Shown: positions 18,152 to 27,356 of the stretch, piece after piece
Layout of the letters: each line of letters opens with the position of its first letter
How positions within the stretch are numbered: the stretch's first letter is position 1
Origin: a virus
IMG/VR virus record: IMGVR_UViG_3300044977_000034
Coordinates: 14,059 to 78,058 of that record
Direction: 5' to 3' (one strand)
DNA length: 64,000 bases
The notes under the pieces: generated by a model
What the model saw: only the letters and a program-made list of their open reading frames with translations
Database searches by the model: none
Told to the model about the DNA's origin: nothing
Position numbers and translations under genes: made by a program

Positions 18152-18454
18152 ATGCAGAAAGTAGCCGAAAAAACGATCAAACCCACCGAGCTGGTGAGCG
18201 AGGGGAGCTGGGGCTCCCGGCGTCTCGGCAAGCACGCCTCGACCATGACGCTGTACGCGGACGGTCCCCATTACACGATCGAGTGGGACATCCCCGCGCT
18301 CGATGAGGTCGAGCACATAGGCCTGACGTTCGAGCACAAAACGCTGACCGATTACGACGGCATCATGTCGCTGCCACGCGAGGCGGTCGCGTTCCTGCGC
18401 GAGCAGGGCTTCATCGTGCCTCGCGAGTTCGAGGACGACGAGGCGCTGTCGTGA
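18152..18454 (+). CDS. Early hypothetical protein
   Basis: GGAGTCGAA RBS at 18140. Confidence 0.75.
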   Translation: MQKVAEKTIKPTELVSEGSWGSRRLGKHASTMTLYADGPHYTIEWDIPALDEVEHIGLTFEHKTLTDYDGIMSLPREAVAFLREQGFIVPREFEDDEALS

Positions 18455-18672
18455 ACCCGGAGCTGGACAAGCGCCGGGATGCCCTCCTGCGGGCGATCTC
18501 CGCGCCCGATCTATATCGGATGCGCGCGGCGGTCGATGGGTGCTGGACGCGCGAGCTGGGCGACTTCAACGTGGTGAACGTGCGCTATTTCATCGCCGCC
18601 AACTGGCACCGCTACGCCGACGAGATTCGGCGGTGGTGCGAGTTCACGCTCACGGGCGAATCGACGCTCTAA
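18451..18672 (+). CDS. Early hypothetical protein
   Basis: GTGA coupling. Confidence 0.6.
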   Translation: MNPELDKRRDALLRAISAPDLYRMRAAVDGCWTRELGDFNVVNVRYFIAANWHRYADEIRRWCEFTLTGESTL

Positions 18673-18765
18673 AAATAAAAACAGTCGCCATGTTGCCTCT
18701 TTTCGCATAGCATGCCATATCAGGACCGGGCGGCGCCTACCGCCCGGTTTTCTTTTGGAGTCGAA
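18673..18765 (+). promoter_or_regulatory. Early promoter, CGCCUA-loop hairpin and GGAGTCGAA box
   Basis: TTGCCT(18693)-17-CATATC; ACCGGGCGG-CGCCTA-CCGCCCGGT; box at 18757. Confidence 0.7.
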
Positions 18766-18768
18766 ATT

Positions 18769-18972
18769 ATGTCCCGTATTGGAATCCTGCGACAAGCGCG
18801 CCGCCTCGCGCGCATGCCCAACCCCGAGGCGCGGCTCGCCTCTCTCGATCGCATCGCAGCCATTCTTGAGAAGGCCTGCGAGCGCAATGCGCGCCAACGT
18901 GCGCTGGCTAAATTCCAGCCGCGCGTCATCCCCTCAAAGCGCATCTACACGCGCAAAGGGAGGCCGCAATGA
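18769..18972 (+). CDS. Small basic hypothetical protein
   Basis: GGAGTCGAA RBS. Confidence 0.65.
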   Translation: MSRIGILRQARRLARMPNPEARLASLDRIAAILEKACERNARQRALAKFQPRVIPSKRIYTRKGRPQ

Positions 18973-19313
18973 TCACGATCACGCAAGAGGGCGGCCGGTA
19001 CGTCGCCCGATTCGCTTTCGACTACGCGACCAAGGATTTGGTGAAGGCGGCCGGATTCAGGTTCGACGGCGTCCGCAAAATCTGGTGGACCGACAAGGCC
19101 GAGATCGCCGCGCAAGTTTCGGCCGATCCTGGCGAGCTGGCGGCGCGTCTCAACGCCGAGCGGCAGGCGCAACATCAGGCTCGCGAGGCGTCAATTGTCG
19201 CATCGCACGCGACCGATGCCGCGATCGAGATTCCGGTGCCGCAGGGGCTCGAATATTTGCCCTACCAAAAGGCAGGCATCGCTTACGCGCTCCGAGTTTT
19301 CGGGGACCTCTGA
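18969..19313 (+). CDS. N-terminal part of a split SNF2/HARP-like helicase (HARP-like domain plus Q motif)
   Basis: F.Y..KDLVK..GFRFD...K.WW and C-terminal YLPYQKAGIAYA (SNF2 Q motif). Confidence 0.8.
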   Translation: MITITQEGGRYVARFAFDYATKDLVKAAGFRFDGVRKIWWTDKAEIAAQVSADPGELAARLNAERQAQHQAREASIVASHATDAAIEIPVPQGLEYLPYQKAGIAYALRVFGDL

Positions 19314-19696
19314 TGCCCGTCGCGATCGTCTGCGCGATTTGTTCGACGCAATTTTTTGTGGTGCCGAGCCGCGTCAAAAAGGGCGCGAAATATTGCAGCT
19401 ACGCTTGCCACCAGATTGGCGAGGGCCGCAAGGGCGGCACTGCCCGAGGCGAACAAGTCAAGCAGGCGAGCAAGGGCAAGACTTACACCAAGACCAAAGG
19501 GCGCCACACGCATCGTGTCGTCGCCGAGAAGGTTCTCGGGCGGCCACTGCGTCCAAAAGAAACCGTCCACCACGCGGACGAAAACATACTGAACAATGAC
19601 CCCGGCAACATCGAAGTCCTGCCGGACCAAGCAACCCATATGCAGAAGCATCGCAAAGCGCTGCTGGCTGCCAGGAAGGTGAAACATGGCTACTGA
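19313..19696 (+). CDS. HNH homing endonuclease with N-terminal Zn finger
   Basis: CAIC...YCSYAC; HRVVAEKVLGRPL...VHHADENILNNDPGNIEV; overlaps both neighbours. Confidence 0.88.
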   Translation: MPVAIVCAICSTQFFVVPSRVKKGAKYCSYACHQIGEGRKGGTARGEQVKQASKGKTYTKTKGRHTHRVVAEKVLGRPLRPKETVHHADENILNNDPGNIEVLPDQATHMQKHRKALLAARKVKHGY

Positions 19697-21341
19697 TGGC
19701 GTATTGATCGGCGACGAAATGGGATTAGGAAAAACAATACAGGCGCTTGGTATCGTCAATGCGGTTCCGAGCATTAAGTCGGTACTTGTTATATGCCCTG
19801 CCTCGCTAAAACTAAACTGGCTGCGCGAGGCCCAGAAGTGGCTTGTGCGCCCAGTGACAGTGGGCGTTGCTAATGGATCGTTTCCAACGACTGACGTCGT
19901 GATTGTCAATTACGACGTGCTGACCAAGTTCGACGCCCAGATCAAAGCGGTGAACTGGGACCTCGCGATTCTCGACGAATGTCATTTTGCCAAGAACGCC
20001 AAGGCGCAGCGGACTCAGGCGATATTCGGCAAGTGGGACGCTGAGACGAAGGCGTGGAAGGTCGCGCCGGTTCGCGCCGCGCGCCGCCTGTTTTTGACCG
20101 GCACGCCCATCCTGAACCGGCCAAAAGAACTGTGGACGATTGTCCACGCGCTGGACCGGCAAGGGCTGGGTGCCAATTGGAGGGCGTTCCACACTCGCTA
20201 TTGCGCTGGTCACCAGACCCGGCACGGTTGGGATATCGACGGCGCATCGAACCTCGCCGAGCTGAATAGCAAGCTTCGCGCGGCGTTCATGATTCGCCGC
20301 CTCAAGAGCGAGGTTCTCACCGAGCTACCGCCCAAGCGCCGACAGGTGATCGTGCTTGAGCCGTCGAAAAAGGCGCGCGCCCTGATCGAGCGGCAGAACG
20401 CCCTCGCCGATCGCGTCAGCAAGGCCAAGGAAGCCCTCCAGGCGTCGAAGGCCTCAGAGGACCCCAAGGCGTTCGAGGCGGCTGTAGCCGCCCTGGAGGA
20501 CGCCTCTGGGGCCGCTTTCGAGGAGATGAGCGCGCTCCGGCACGAGATCGCCCTGGCCAAGCTTCCCCAGGTCATCGAGCACGTTCGCGATGCCCTGGAC
20601 GGCAGCGAGGGCAAGATCATTGTTTTCGCCCACCACCGGGATGTGGTCGAAGCCCTGGCGAAAGAGTTTTCCGACGTCGGCGCCGTCAAGCTTATGGGCG
20701 GCGATAGCGCTGACGACAAACAGTCGGCGGTCGATCGCTTCCAGACTGATCCGAGCTGCCGCGTGTTTGTCGGTTCGATCAAGGCGGCAGGCGTAGGCAT
20801 TACTCTGACGGCGGCGACTCACGTTCTGTTCGCGGAGCAGGACTGGACTCCTGGCTGGAATCAGCAGGCCGAGGACAGGGCGCACCGCATCGGGCAGCGC
20901 GAGTCGGTGCTCATCCAATACGTGGTGCTCGACGGTTCGTTGGATGCGCACATTGCGCAAGTCAATGTCGATAAGGCGGCCATTGCCGACAAGGCGCTCG
21001 ACAAGCCGGGGGCCGCGCTCGTCGCGCTCGCCGAGTTGGTGACGCCACCGGCTCCCAAAGCCCCAGAGAGCCTCGTGGAGCCGCGTCCGGCCGCTCCGGC
21101 TCCCAGCCTAGCCCCGGAGGTCGTGGAGGCGGTCCACGCTGGTCTGAAGGTGATTGCGGGCCTATGCGACGGCGCCCAGGCGCTCGACGATCACGGGTTC
21201 AACAAGCTGGACAGCACGTTTGGCAAGAGCCTTGCGGCGGCGCCGTTCCTTTCGCCGCGTCAGGCCGATCACGGGCGGCGCCTCTGCATCAAGTATGGGC
21301 GGCAGCTCCCGGCCGATTTGCTGGCGACCATCAAAGGCTGA
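19686..21341 (+). CDS. SNF2-family helicase, C-terminal part
   Basis: DEMGLGKT, ILDECH, LTGTPILN, AAGVGITL, QAEDRAHRIGQ; Walker A starts at residue 10, with no Q motif. Confidence 0.93.
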   Translation: MATDGVLIGDEMGLGKTIQALGIVNAVPSIKSVLVICPASLKLNWLREAQKWLVRPVTVGVANGSFPTTDVVIVNYDVLTKFDAQIKAVNWDLAILDECHFAKNAKAQRTQAIFGKWDAETKAWKVAPVRAARRLFLTGTPILNRPKELWTIVHALDRQGLGANWRAFHTRYCAGHQTRHGWDIDGASNLAELNSKLRAAFMIRRLKSEVLTELPPKRRQVIVLEPSKKARALIERQNALADRVSKAKEALQASKASEDPKAFEAAVAALEDASGAAFEEMSALRHEIALAKLPQVIEHVRDALDGSEGKIIVFAHHRDVVEALAKEFSDVGAVKLMGGDSADDKQSAVDRFQTDPSCRVFVGSIKAAGVGITLTAATHVLFAEQDWTPGWNQQAEDRAHRIGQRESVLIQYVVLDGSLDAHIAQVNVDKAAIADKALDKPGAALVALAELVTPPAPKAPESLVEPRPAAPAPSLAPEVVEAVHAGLKVIAGLCDGAQALDDHGFNKLDSTFGKSLAAAPFLSPRQADHGRRLCIKYGRQLPADLLATIKG

Positions 21342-21413
21342 AGGCCAGCGCGCGCGCCTCGACGTTTCGGGGCGCGGTCGCGGGCAATCCGCCCGGTAGA
21401 GAGAGTCGAACCA

Positions 21414-21662
21414 ATGGACATCACAAAAGACGGCGCCATCGCGCGTGCGAAGGCGGTGGCGGGGTTTTCGGTGAACGCCGTACACCACATCACCCAGGAC
21501 GATTGGGCGGCCCTTGGGCATGCCCTCCTGGGCATCGAGCGGACGTTGGGCGAGCTACGCGAATATTGGGAGACGAAGGAGGAGACTCCGCCGCGCTTCA
21601 ATATGTTCGCGATCCGCGTGACCCACGACGATGACGTCGAAGAGCGCGGATCGGAGGGCTGA
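21414..21662 (+). CDS. Hypothetical protein
   Basis: AGAGTCGAA RBS at 21402. Confidence 0.65.
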   Translation: MDITKDGAIARAKAVAGFSVNAVHHITQDDWAALGHALLGIERTLGELREYWETKEETPPRFNMFAIRVTHDDDVEERGSEG

Positions 21663-21666
21663 AGCA

Positions 21667-21864
21667 ATGACTGCACGATGGACAATCTACCTTCGCCAAA
21701 CGCCCAAGGGCTGGGAGTGGGGGCGCAAGCCAGACGTCATGCACTGGGGGCCTTACAAGACCAAAGGTCACGCGACCAGTGCGGCCAAGCGGTCGATCAA
21801 TCCGGTTGTCGGCGGCAAGACCCAACCCTCCGATTGGAATTTCGTCGTCGTGGCGGAGGGCTGA
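21667..21864 (+). CDS. Hypothetical protein
   Basis: GGAGG upstream, operon packing. Confidence 0.6.
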   Translation: MTARWTIYLRQTPKGWEWGRKPDVMHWGPYKTKGHATSAAKRSINPVVGGKTQPSDWNFVVVAEG

Positions 21865-21867
21865 CCA

Positions 21868-22350
21868 ATGGACCTAGAACAGATGCTCAAGCTTGCCGAG
21901 GATCAGGCGCGGCGCGTCCTGATTGGCACGCGCGAAGAGCTGATGCCGATATGGCTCGTCCAGTCGGAGGGCAAGGTCGAGGTCACCGCCACGCCATGGG
22001 CGAATAACAACCAAAAGCGTATGACGGTCGAATTTATGCGGAGGCGGATGCGCGAGCAAAACGCGACCGCCTACAGCCTCCTGACTGAGGCTTGGTACAG
22101 CGTGATTTCTGTCTTGGAGGCGGCCAAGGAATACACCGGACCGCCGCCGAGCGAGCGCGCCGATCGCAAAGAGGCGGTTGTCGCCATGGCCGCCGATCGC
22201 GACGGCAAGCACATTTACCGGCACTGGGAGATCATCCGCGACCATCAAGGGCGCACGCGCGAGCTGCGGCGCCTGGACGGTCCCGAGGACCTGATCTCGT
22301 CGGGGATCTTCGACAACCTCCTGATGGACGATCGCGGGAGGGCGAATTGA
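21868..22350 (+). CDS. Hypothetical protein
   Basis: 160 aa, GGAGG RBS. Confidence 0.75.
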   Translation: MDLEQMLKLAEDQARRVLIGTREELMPIWLVQSEGKVEVTATPWANNNQKRMTVEFMRRRMREQNATAYSLLTEAWYSVISVLEAAKEYTGPPPSERADRKEAVVAMAADRDGKHIYRHWEIIRDHQGRTRELRRLDGPEDLISSGIFDNLLMDDRGRAN

Positions 22351-22562
22351 GGCAGCGCTACACGATCGATCTGGAGCGGGTTCCGGTCCAACACCTCACA
22401 CTCACGGTTGTCGCGGAGGGCATCGCCGAGGCTCAACGCAAAGCGCTGGCCCATATGCGCGACTATCCCGAGCAATGGGTGACCGAGGAGCATCCGCTGT
22501 CTGACGCGCGGGTGACCAAGGTCATCTGTCACGCTGGCGAGGCGCCCGATGAGCAGGATTAG
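22347..22562 (+). CDS. Hypothetical protein
   Basis: TTGA coupling, GGAGG RBS. Confidence 0.55.
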   Translation: MRQRYTIDLERVPVQHLTLTVVAEGIAEAQRKALAHMRDYPEQWVTEEHPLSDARVTKVICHAGEAPDEQD

Positions 22563-22827
22563 GCGCCGCGTCTACCCAAAACATAGCGGGGACGCCTACG
22601 ACCGATTCCTTACCGAGCGGTCGCGCGGCCAGGACGGCGAGTTCTCGTTCGAGCGATTCGTCGCGCTGATCGACTCGCTCGACTGCCCGCCCGACACGAT
22701 CCCCAAGGACGGGAACAACGGGACCAAGCGCATGACCGCCGGGATTCTTCTGCGGTCATGGTTCGCGGACGGCGTGCTCCGTTTTCGAGACGGCTCGACC
22801 GTCCAGCTAAATCTTGAGGACTCGTAA
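22549..22827 (+). CDS. Hypothetical protein
   Basis: 92-aa overlapping ORF. Confidence 0.6.
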   Translation: MSRIRRRVYPKHSGDAYDRFLTERSRGQDGEFSFERFVALIDSLDCPPDTIPKDGNNGTKRMTAGILLRSWFADGVLRFRDGSTVQLNLEDS

Positions 22828-22828
22828 A

Positions 22829-23056
22829 ATGATGCAAGTTACTAAGATGCGCCGAGGCTGGCGCCTGCGGCTCACCGACAATGAAATGGAGATGCTGCGG
22901 CATGCCGTCGCGCGCGGCCTCCCAGACTTCCAACGCGTGAACGTCCGCGAGCGGCTGCCCTACAAAGTGCGCAAGGTGCTCATGCATGACCCTCGTTGGG
23001 CGCTGCCGCACGGCCCGCTCGTTCCTGACGAAGACAGGAGGCTGCATGAGCAATGA
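22829..23056 (+). CDS. Hypothetical protein
   Basis: GAGGA RBS. Confidence 0.55.
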   Translation: MMQVTKMRRGWRLRLTDNEMEMLRHAVARGLPDFQRVNVRERLPYKVRKVLMHDPRWALPHGPLVPDEDRRLHEQ

Positions 23057-23318
23057 GATTATCGACACTTGGTTCAGGCTTCACGATGCGATGTTCCGCG
23101 ACGGGCACCCCGGCGACGTAACCGCGCTGCGTCCGCCGTCGCTGCGTGACGCCTGCTATGCGCGCGCGCTCGCGGCGCGGAAACAGGATACCGAGACGAC
23201 GCCCGAGACGATCGAGGCGTTTGTGAATGGGCTTGAGCTGGGCGCATTGAGCGCGCTGCGCGCGGCCTGGAAGGTGCAGCATGCGCGGGCGGAGCCATAT
23301 CCGCCGCAGGAGGGCTAG
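23046..23318 (+). CDS. Hypothetical protein
   Basis: AGGAGG RBS; converges on the MTase gene. Confidence 0.6.
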   Translation: MSNEIIDTWFRLHDAMFRDGHPGDVTALRPPSLRDACYARALAARKQDTETTPETIEAFVNGLELGALSALRAAWKVQHARAEPYPPQEG

Positions 23319-23824
23319 CGCCCGATGAACGTGGCGCGGCGCCCGTCCTTGTAAAACAGGAGCCAAGCCGCGTTGTCCTTACCGACATGGGGCGAGTCCG
23401 GAATCCACCGCACGCGACCGACAGCGACGACTCGGCGCAACCGCTTGGCGATGATGGGGCCGGACGACTTGTTGAATAGCCAATCGGCGCTCATCAAGAG
23501 CCACGTCGGCGCCTGATCGGACAAGTTTTCGATCAGAGGATGCAGCTCTTTCGGGCGGCCCCATGAGGGAGGATTCGTGATGAAGATCACTCCAGGCGCC
23601 AAATGGAGGCGATAGGAGTGAAAGCGCGCGTCAGTCGGCAGATCGAACGCGCCGACGTTTCGATGCCCAGAAGCCTCTAGGGCGCCCGCTAGCGCCCCTT
23701 CGCCGTAGCAGGGGTCAATGAACCAAGTCCCGCGCTTGAGCCAGCGCAAGAGCGGCCTGACGGCTGCGGTGGGCGTATTGTAGAGATCTCGCGGAACCCT
23801 CTCGAACGTGGAACGCTTGCCCAT
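23315..23824 (-). CDS. Phage DNA amino-methyltransferase-like protein (motif IV reads NPPS)
   Basis: RDLYNTP, IDPCYGEGAL (motif I), ITNPPSW, VGRVRWI. Confidence 0.75.
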   Translation of the reverse strand: MGKRSTFERVPRDLYNTPTAAVRPLLRWLKRGTWFIDPCYGEGALAGALEASGHRNVGAFDLPTDARFHSYRLHLAPGVIFITNPPSWGRPKELHPLIENLSDQAPTWLLMSADWLFNKSSGPIIAKRLRRVVAVGRVRWIPDSPHVGKDNAAWLLFYKDGRRATFIGR

Positions 23825-24010
23825 GGCCGCCTCAAAACGCGGGAAGAAACCGGAAGTGATGCCGCCAGGGCCGAATCCGGCCGCTAGCCGCCCGCTGCAT
23901 ATCGCGCCCTTTGGCAAGGTCTGGGCCGTCGTCGAGGGGCTAGGGGTTTTCTTCGCGAGCTGCGATCGAGCGGAGGTCGAGGCGGAGCTGGCGCGGCTCC
24001 AGGCGAAGCG

Positions 24011-24367
24011 TCAGAAGTCCCCGGACGCGCCGCCGCCGCCGGAGGAGCCGCCGCCGGGATCGATGGTCGAGGGCGGGTCCATGGGTGCCGTTGGAGCCTC
24101 AGAGGAGGCCGCTGGCGGCTCATAGGGCGTGAATGTGAACGGAGAGGGCGGATCGCTGTCCGAGGGCGCGGGCGGCCTTCTCTGGGCCTCCTGATGGCGG
24201 CGGAAGCGAGCGCGCTCCCGCTCGTAGAGCGCCTGGACGTTGTCATCGAATGTATGGCAGCGCCCGCAATAGCGCTCGCGGATGTCGTTCAGGTTCCAAC
24301 TTTTCGCGCCGCACCTGGGACAGGTGAAATGATCCTTGCGCTCCCAGTGCTCCCTAAGCGTCGTCAT
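24011..24367 (-). CDS. Zn-ribbon hypothetical protein with low-complexity tail
   Basis: CPRCG...YCGRCH; ends GGGSSGGGGASGDF. Confidence 0.65.
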   Translation of the reverse strand: MTTLREHWERKDHFTCPRCGAKSWNLNDIRERYCGRCHTFDDNVQALYERERARFRRHQEAQRRPPAPSDSDPPSPFTFTPYEPPAASSEAPTAPMDPPSTIDPGGGSSGGGGASGDF

Positions 24368-24708
24368 GGCAGCGTGTCCTCGAACGTCTCATGCTGGGGG
24401 CCGCGCAGCCGGATCGCCTTGGCGTTGTCGCAGAACATCAGCGAGATGCGGAGGTGGAGGTTGTTGCCGGGTCCGGCCTGATGGACAAGCCAGCCGATGC
24501 AATGGCCGTCCTGGGTCTCGTGGCACGCCATCACCGGCATCGGTTCCCCGCGCAGGAACGGCCCCAGGTCGCCCTCAATCGCGATCGTCTGCGCGAGCGC
24601 CTTATGCCTCTCGACGGTGTACCCGTTTGGGATCTCGTGCGGGTTTGTCGCCTTTCGCCAAGGGCACTTTTCGCACTGTCTTGTGCGCTTGAGCTTCCAC
24701 CGTTCCAT
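24364..24708 (-). CDS. Cys-rich hypothetical protein
   Basis: CEKCPWRK...MACHE...CIGWL. Confidence 0.7.
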   Translation of the reverse strand: MERWKLKRTRQCEKCPWRKATNPHEIPNGYTVERHKALAQTIAIEGDLGPFLRGEPMPVMACHETQDGHCIGWLVHQAGPGNNLHLRISLMFCDNAKAIRLRGPQHETFEDTLP

Positions 24709-24804
24709 GCCGACTCCGCAGATCATTGATGTAGGCCTCGATCTCATCGATCGAGCATTGGCAATGGTCGATCGTCGCCTTCAACTTCTCGTCGTGAGGC
24801 GTCC

Positions 24805-25110
24805 TCACTGTCGGGTGCCGATAGGCGGCTCCGGCATGCTCGGCTCCGGCTGCGGCTGCTGCGGCTGCGGCTGCGGCTGAAGCGGCTCCATCGCCTTGGT
24901 GACAATCGTATGATCCATGCACCGGATGCCGCCGATCAGGTCCGTTTGCGGCCGGTTGCCGAAATGCCAACGCCACCCAACGATTCCGTTCGGGTCCACG
25001 GTGATGACGGCGAAGGCGGCGATCTTCGCGTCGTGCGCGCGCTTGAGGATCTCCTCGAACGCCTCGACGCTGCGCGGGAACGGGTGGGCCTGCTTTTGGG
25101 TCTCGTTCAT
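24805..25110 (-). CDS. Hypothetical protein
   Basis: ATGA coupling; QP-repeat tail. Confidence 0.65.
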   Translation of the reverse strand: MNETQKQAHPFPRSVEAFEEILKRAHDAKIAAFAVITVDPNGIVGWRWHFGNRPQTDLIGGIRCMDHTIVTKAMEPLQPQPQPQQPQPEPSMPEPPIGTRQ

Positions 25111-25319
25111 TGTTGCGGGGTCCCTGGTATGTCAGCCTCGATTTGATCGGCGATCGATCTCAGCATCGCGGGCAAGTTGAGCAGGACGGGAAGCGTCGTT
25201 TGACACGCGAACCCTTCGCCCTTGTCGCCGCCGATCACGATCACGATCACGCCCGAGGCGTTGGTCGCTTTTTGAACCATCGTGGCTTGGTCGTCGTATC
25301 TGCCGGGGCCGATGGTCAT
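25107..25319 (-). CDS. Hypothetical protein (MTIGPGRYDD...)
   Basis: ATGA coupling. Confidence 0.65.
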   Translation of the reverse strand: MTIGPGRYDDQATMVQKATNASGVIVIVIGGDKGEGFACQTTLPVLLNLPAMLRSIADQIEADIPGTPQQ

Positions 25320-25774
25320 ACCGGGTTCTTCCCTTCCATTCGTTCCTCGAACGCGCGTTCCATTTCGGCTGGGTCCTTCTCGGCGCACGCCTTGCAGACC
25401 CACTGGCGCACGCCGTTCGCCTGTTTCTTGCCGTAGGGGCGCAGCTCTTTGAGCTTGCCGCAGTCCTGGCAGATCTCCGGCGGCAGTTCCTCAAGGACCA
25501 GAACCTTCACCTCCCCCTTGAGGGCGGCACGGAAAGCGCGGGTGCGGGCGAGCGCCTGCTTAAGGTCCGGCTCAGTCTCCAGCTCCTTCATCGCCGCTTC
25601 CGACAACTCGGCGAAACCCTCGCCGCCCCATTCCATGACGTAGGAGCAATAGCCGCAGACCATGATGGAGCCCTTCTGCGGGTCGTGCCCTTTCGGCCCG
25701 GAGATGCCATCCAGCTCCTTGCCGCAATGCAGGCAGGCGCCCTGCTTGAAACGACGGTTGTCCCACTCTTCCAT
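25316..25774 (-). CDS. Hypothetical protein with four CxxC motifs
   Basis: CLHC, CGYC, CQDC, CKAC. Confidence 0.7.
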   Translation of the reverse strand: MEEWDNRRFKQGACLHCGKELDGISGPKGHDPQKGSIMVCGYCSYVMEWGGEGFAELSEAAMKELETEPDLKQALARTRAFRAALKGEVKVLVLEELPPEICQDCGKLKELRPYGKKQANGVRQWVCKACAEKDPAEMERAFEERMEGKNPV

Positions 25775-25776
25775 GG

Positions 25777-26013
25777 CTAATGCGCCGTATGGTGTTCACA
25801 GACGGCGCCGTCGTTCGTCTCGCCGTCGATCTGGCGCATCACGCCCGCGAGGAACGAAACCCAACCCTCGCGGTCCCAGCCGAATACCGCCATTGGTTTC
25901 TCATGCTTGTCGAGGAGCACGGCGTTGTACGAGCCGCAGCCGCAAGGGCAGAGGCCCCACCACTGCACCTCTTCGGCTTGCGGGATGCGCTCCGGAACCA
26001 GTTTTTTGGCCAT
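25777..26013 (-). CDS. Hypothetical protein
   Basis: 78 aa, CPCGC motif, tight packing. Confidence 0.65.
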   Translation of the reverse strand: MAKKLVPERIPQAEEVQWWGLCPCGCGSYNAVLLDKHEKPMAVFGWDREGWVSFLAGVMRQIDGETNDGAVCEHHTAH

Positions 26014-26014
26014 G

Positions 26015-27340
26015 TCAAAAATCCACGTCAGCTATAGGCTCCGAATCTTCGCTCTCGGGCTTTGGGCGGGGTTGCGTGTCCGGAAACGCACGCAAAGGTT
26101 TGCCGGTGAAGTACACGAACGTCTTCCCGTCGTGGCGGACGACGCCCAGGATGCCGAGCGCTTCCAAATCCTCGCGCATTCTTTGAATCCGCTTCTTCAT
26201 TGTCTCGCGCCAGCGCCGATCAGCGATCTCCGCCTCCGCCGTCGTTTGCTGGTCCGGAGTCAGGGCGTCGGACGGGCTCTTGTCGGCAAAGAGACGTTTC
26301 ACATCCTCCCACGGGGCGAGAGAACGGACAGAGGCGGCCAAGGAGACCTCTCGCGGAACCGGCGTGCCATATCGGCGCTCCGCGTCAAAAAACGACGCCA
26401 TAAACAGCTCTTGAGTTTTGTTGAGGCGGAAGCCCTTCAGCTCCTCCTCGCGGCGCACGGCGTCCTTCTCGCCCACCGGCAGACAGATGCAGCTCGTGAT
26501 CTTCTCGCCGTCCTCATCGACGCCGATCACCACTTGCATCAGCTCGAATTTCATCGTCCGCCCGTCTTCGTCATCCTTTTGCTTGTCGAGCTTGACGGTC
26601 CTGATTCCGGTCTCCTCGTCTCTCTCCACCAGCATCACTTGGCCGACGTTGGCGTAGACCGAGGTGTGGCCACGTAACTTTCCGCCCGCCGCATTGAGGT
26701 GATGCACGAGCATGACGTGGCAGCCGCACTTATCGCTGATGCGCGCGACGTTCCCGAGAACGGTCGACATGTCGCGGCCCGAGTTTTCATCGGCTCCAGG
26801 CGTTGCGGTCGCGAGCGTGTCGATAACCACGAGCCTCAAAGGGTCCTCGAACACTTTGGCGTGGGCCAGGATCTCGGCGATCAGCGAGTCGACCTCTTCG
26901 GTCGAATGATAGATGTCGATTGGCCGCTGGAGGAGGACGAACGGCGTCTCGCGGGTCCAGACCCTGCCGTGATGTTGGCGCCATGCGCGCAGGCGTTTTT
27001 TGACTCCCGTCGCCCCCTCGCCTGCCTGATAGACCACTGAGCCGTGCTTGACCTTGAGCCCGAAGAGCGGGCGCGCCTCCGCGACGCACAGCCCGGTTTC
27101 GAGCGCGAGAAATGACTTGCCCGAGCGTGAGGCCCCGGCGAGGACGCTGACCTCGTTGGCGGCGAGCCAACCCTGCACCAACCAGTTGTGCTCCGGGCCG
27201 GGATTGTCGAGTTCGTCCAAGTAGAGGGCTCCAAACTTGCTCTTCACCGGCTGGTCGAAGATCCAGGCGATGCGGTTGAGGAAGTCATCACCGGATTCGA
27301 TGCCTACCGGGTGCTCAAGAATCGCCGGAAAAGCGGTCAT
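26015..27340 (-). CDS. RepA-like (AAA_25) replicative helicase
   Basis: GASRSGKS Walker A, YQAGEG, LVVIDTL, DENS, VHH...LRGHTS, KQKD; start reassigned to ATG 27340. Confidence 0.9.
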   Translation of the reverse strand: MTAFPAILEHPVGIESGDDFLNRIAWIFDQPVKSKFGALYLDELDNPGPEHNWLVQGWLAANEVSVLAGASRSGKSFLALETGLCVAEARPLFGLKVKHGSVVYQAGEGATGVKKRLRAWRQHHGRVWTRETPFVLLQRPIDIYHSTEEVDSLIAEILAHAKVFEDPLRLVVIDTLATATPGADENSGRDMSTVLGNVARISDKCGCHVMLVHHLNAAGGKLRGHTSVYANVGQVMLVERDEETGIRTVKLDKQKDDEDGRTMKFELMQVVIGVDEDGEKITSCICLPVGEKDAVRREEELKGFRLNKTQELFMASFFDAERRYGTPVPREVSLAASVRSLAPWEDVKRLFADKSPSDALTPDQQTTAEAEIADRRWRETMKKRIQRMREDLEALGILGVVRHDGKTFVYFTGKPLRAFPDTQPRPKPESEDSEPIADVDF

Positions 27341-27356
27341 GAGCCTACCCCGGCAT

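Noticed and set aside
14358-18765. CRISPR array or integron attC cassette array
   Set aside because: Repeats are short motifs separated by whole genes; no cas or integron integrase, and no attC boxes recognised
19313-19696. Group I intron or intein in the helicase
   Set aside because: The HNH ORF overlaps both halves with no non-coding flanks, is in a different frame, and has no intein terminal residues
23808-24125. + strand ORF head-to-head with the MTase gene
   Set aside because: No RBS, and it overlaps - strand genes at both ends; cannot be supported, though not excluded
27338-27350. Helicase RBS (GGUAGGCUC) complementary to the hammerhead tail GAGCCUACC
   Set aside because: A single 9-nt match in 64 kb of GC-rich DNA is compatible with chance
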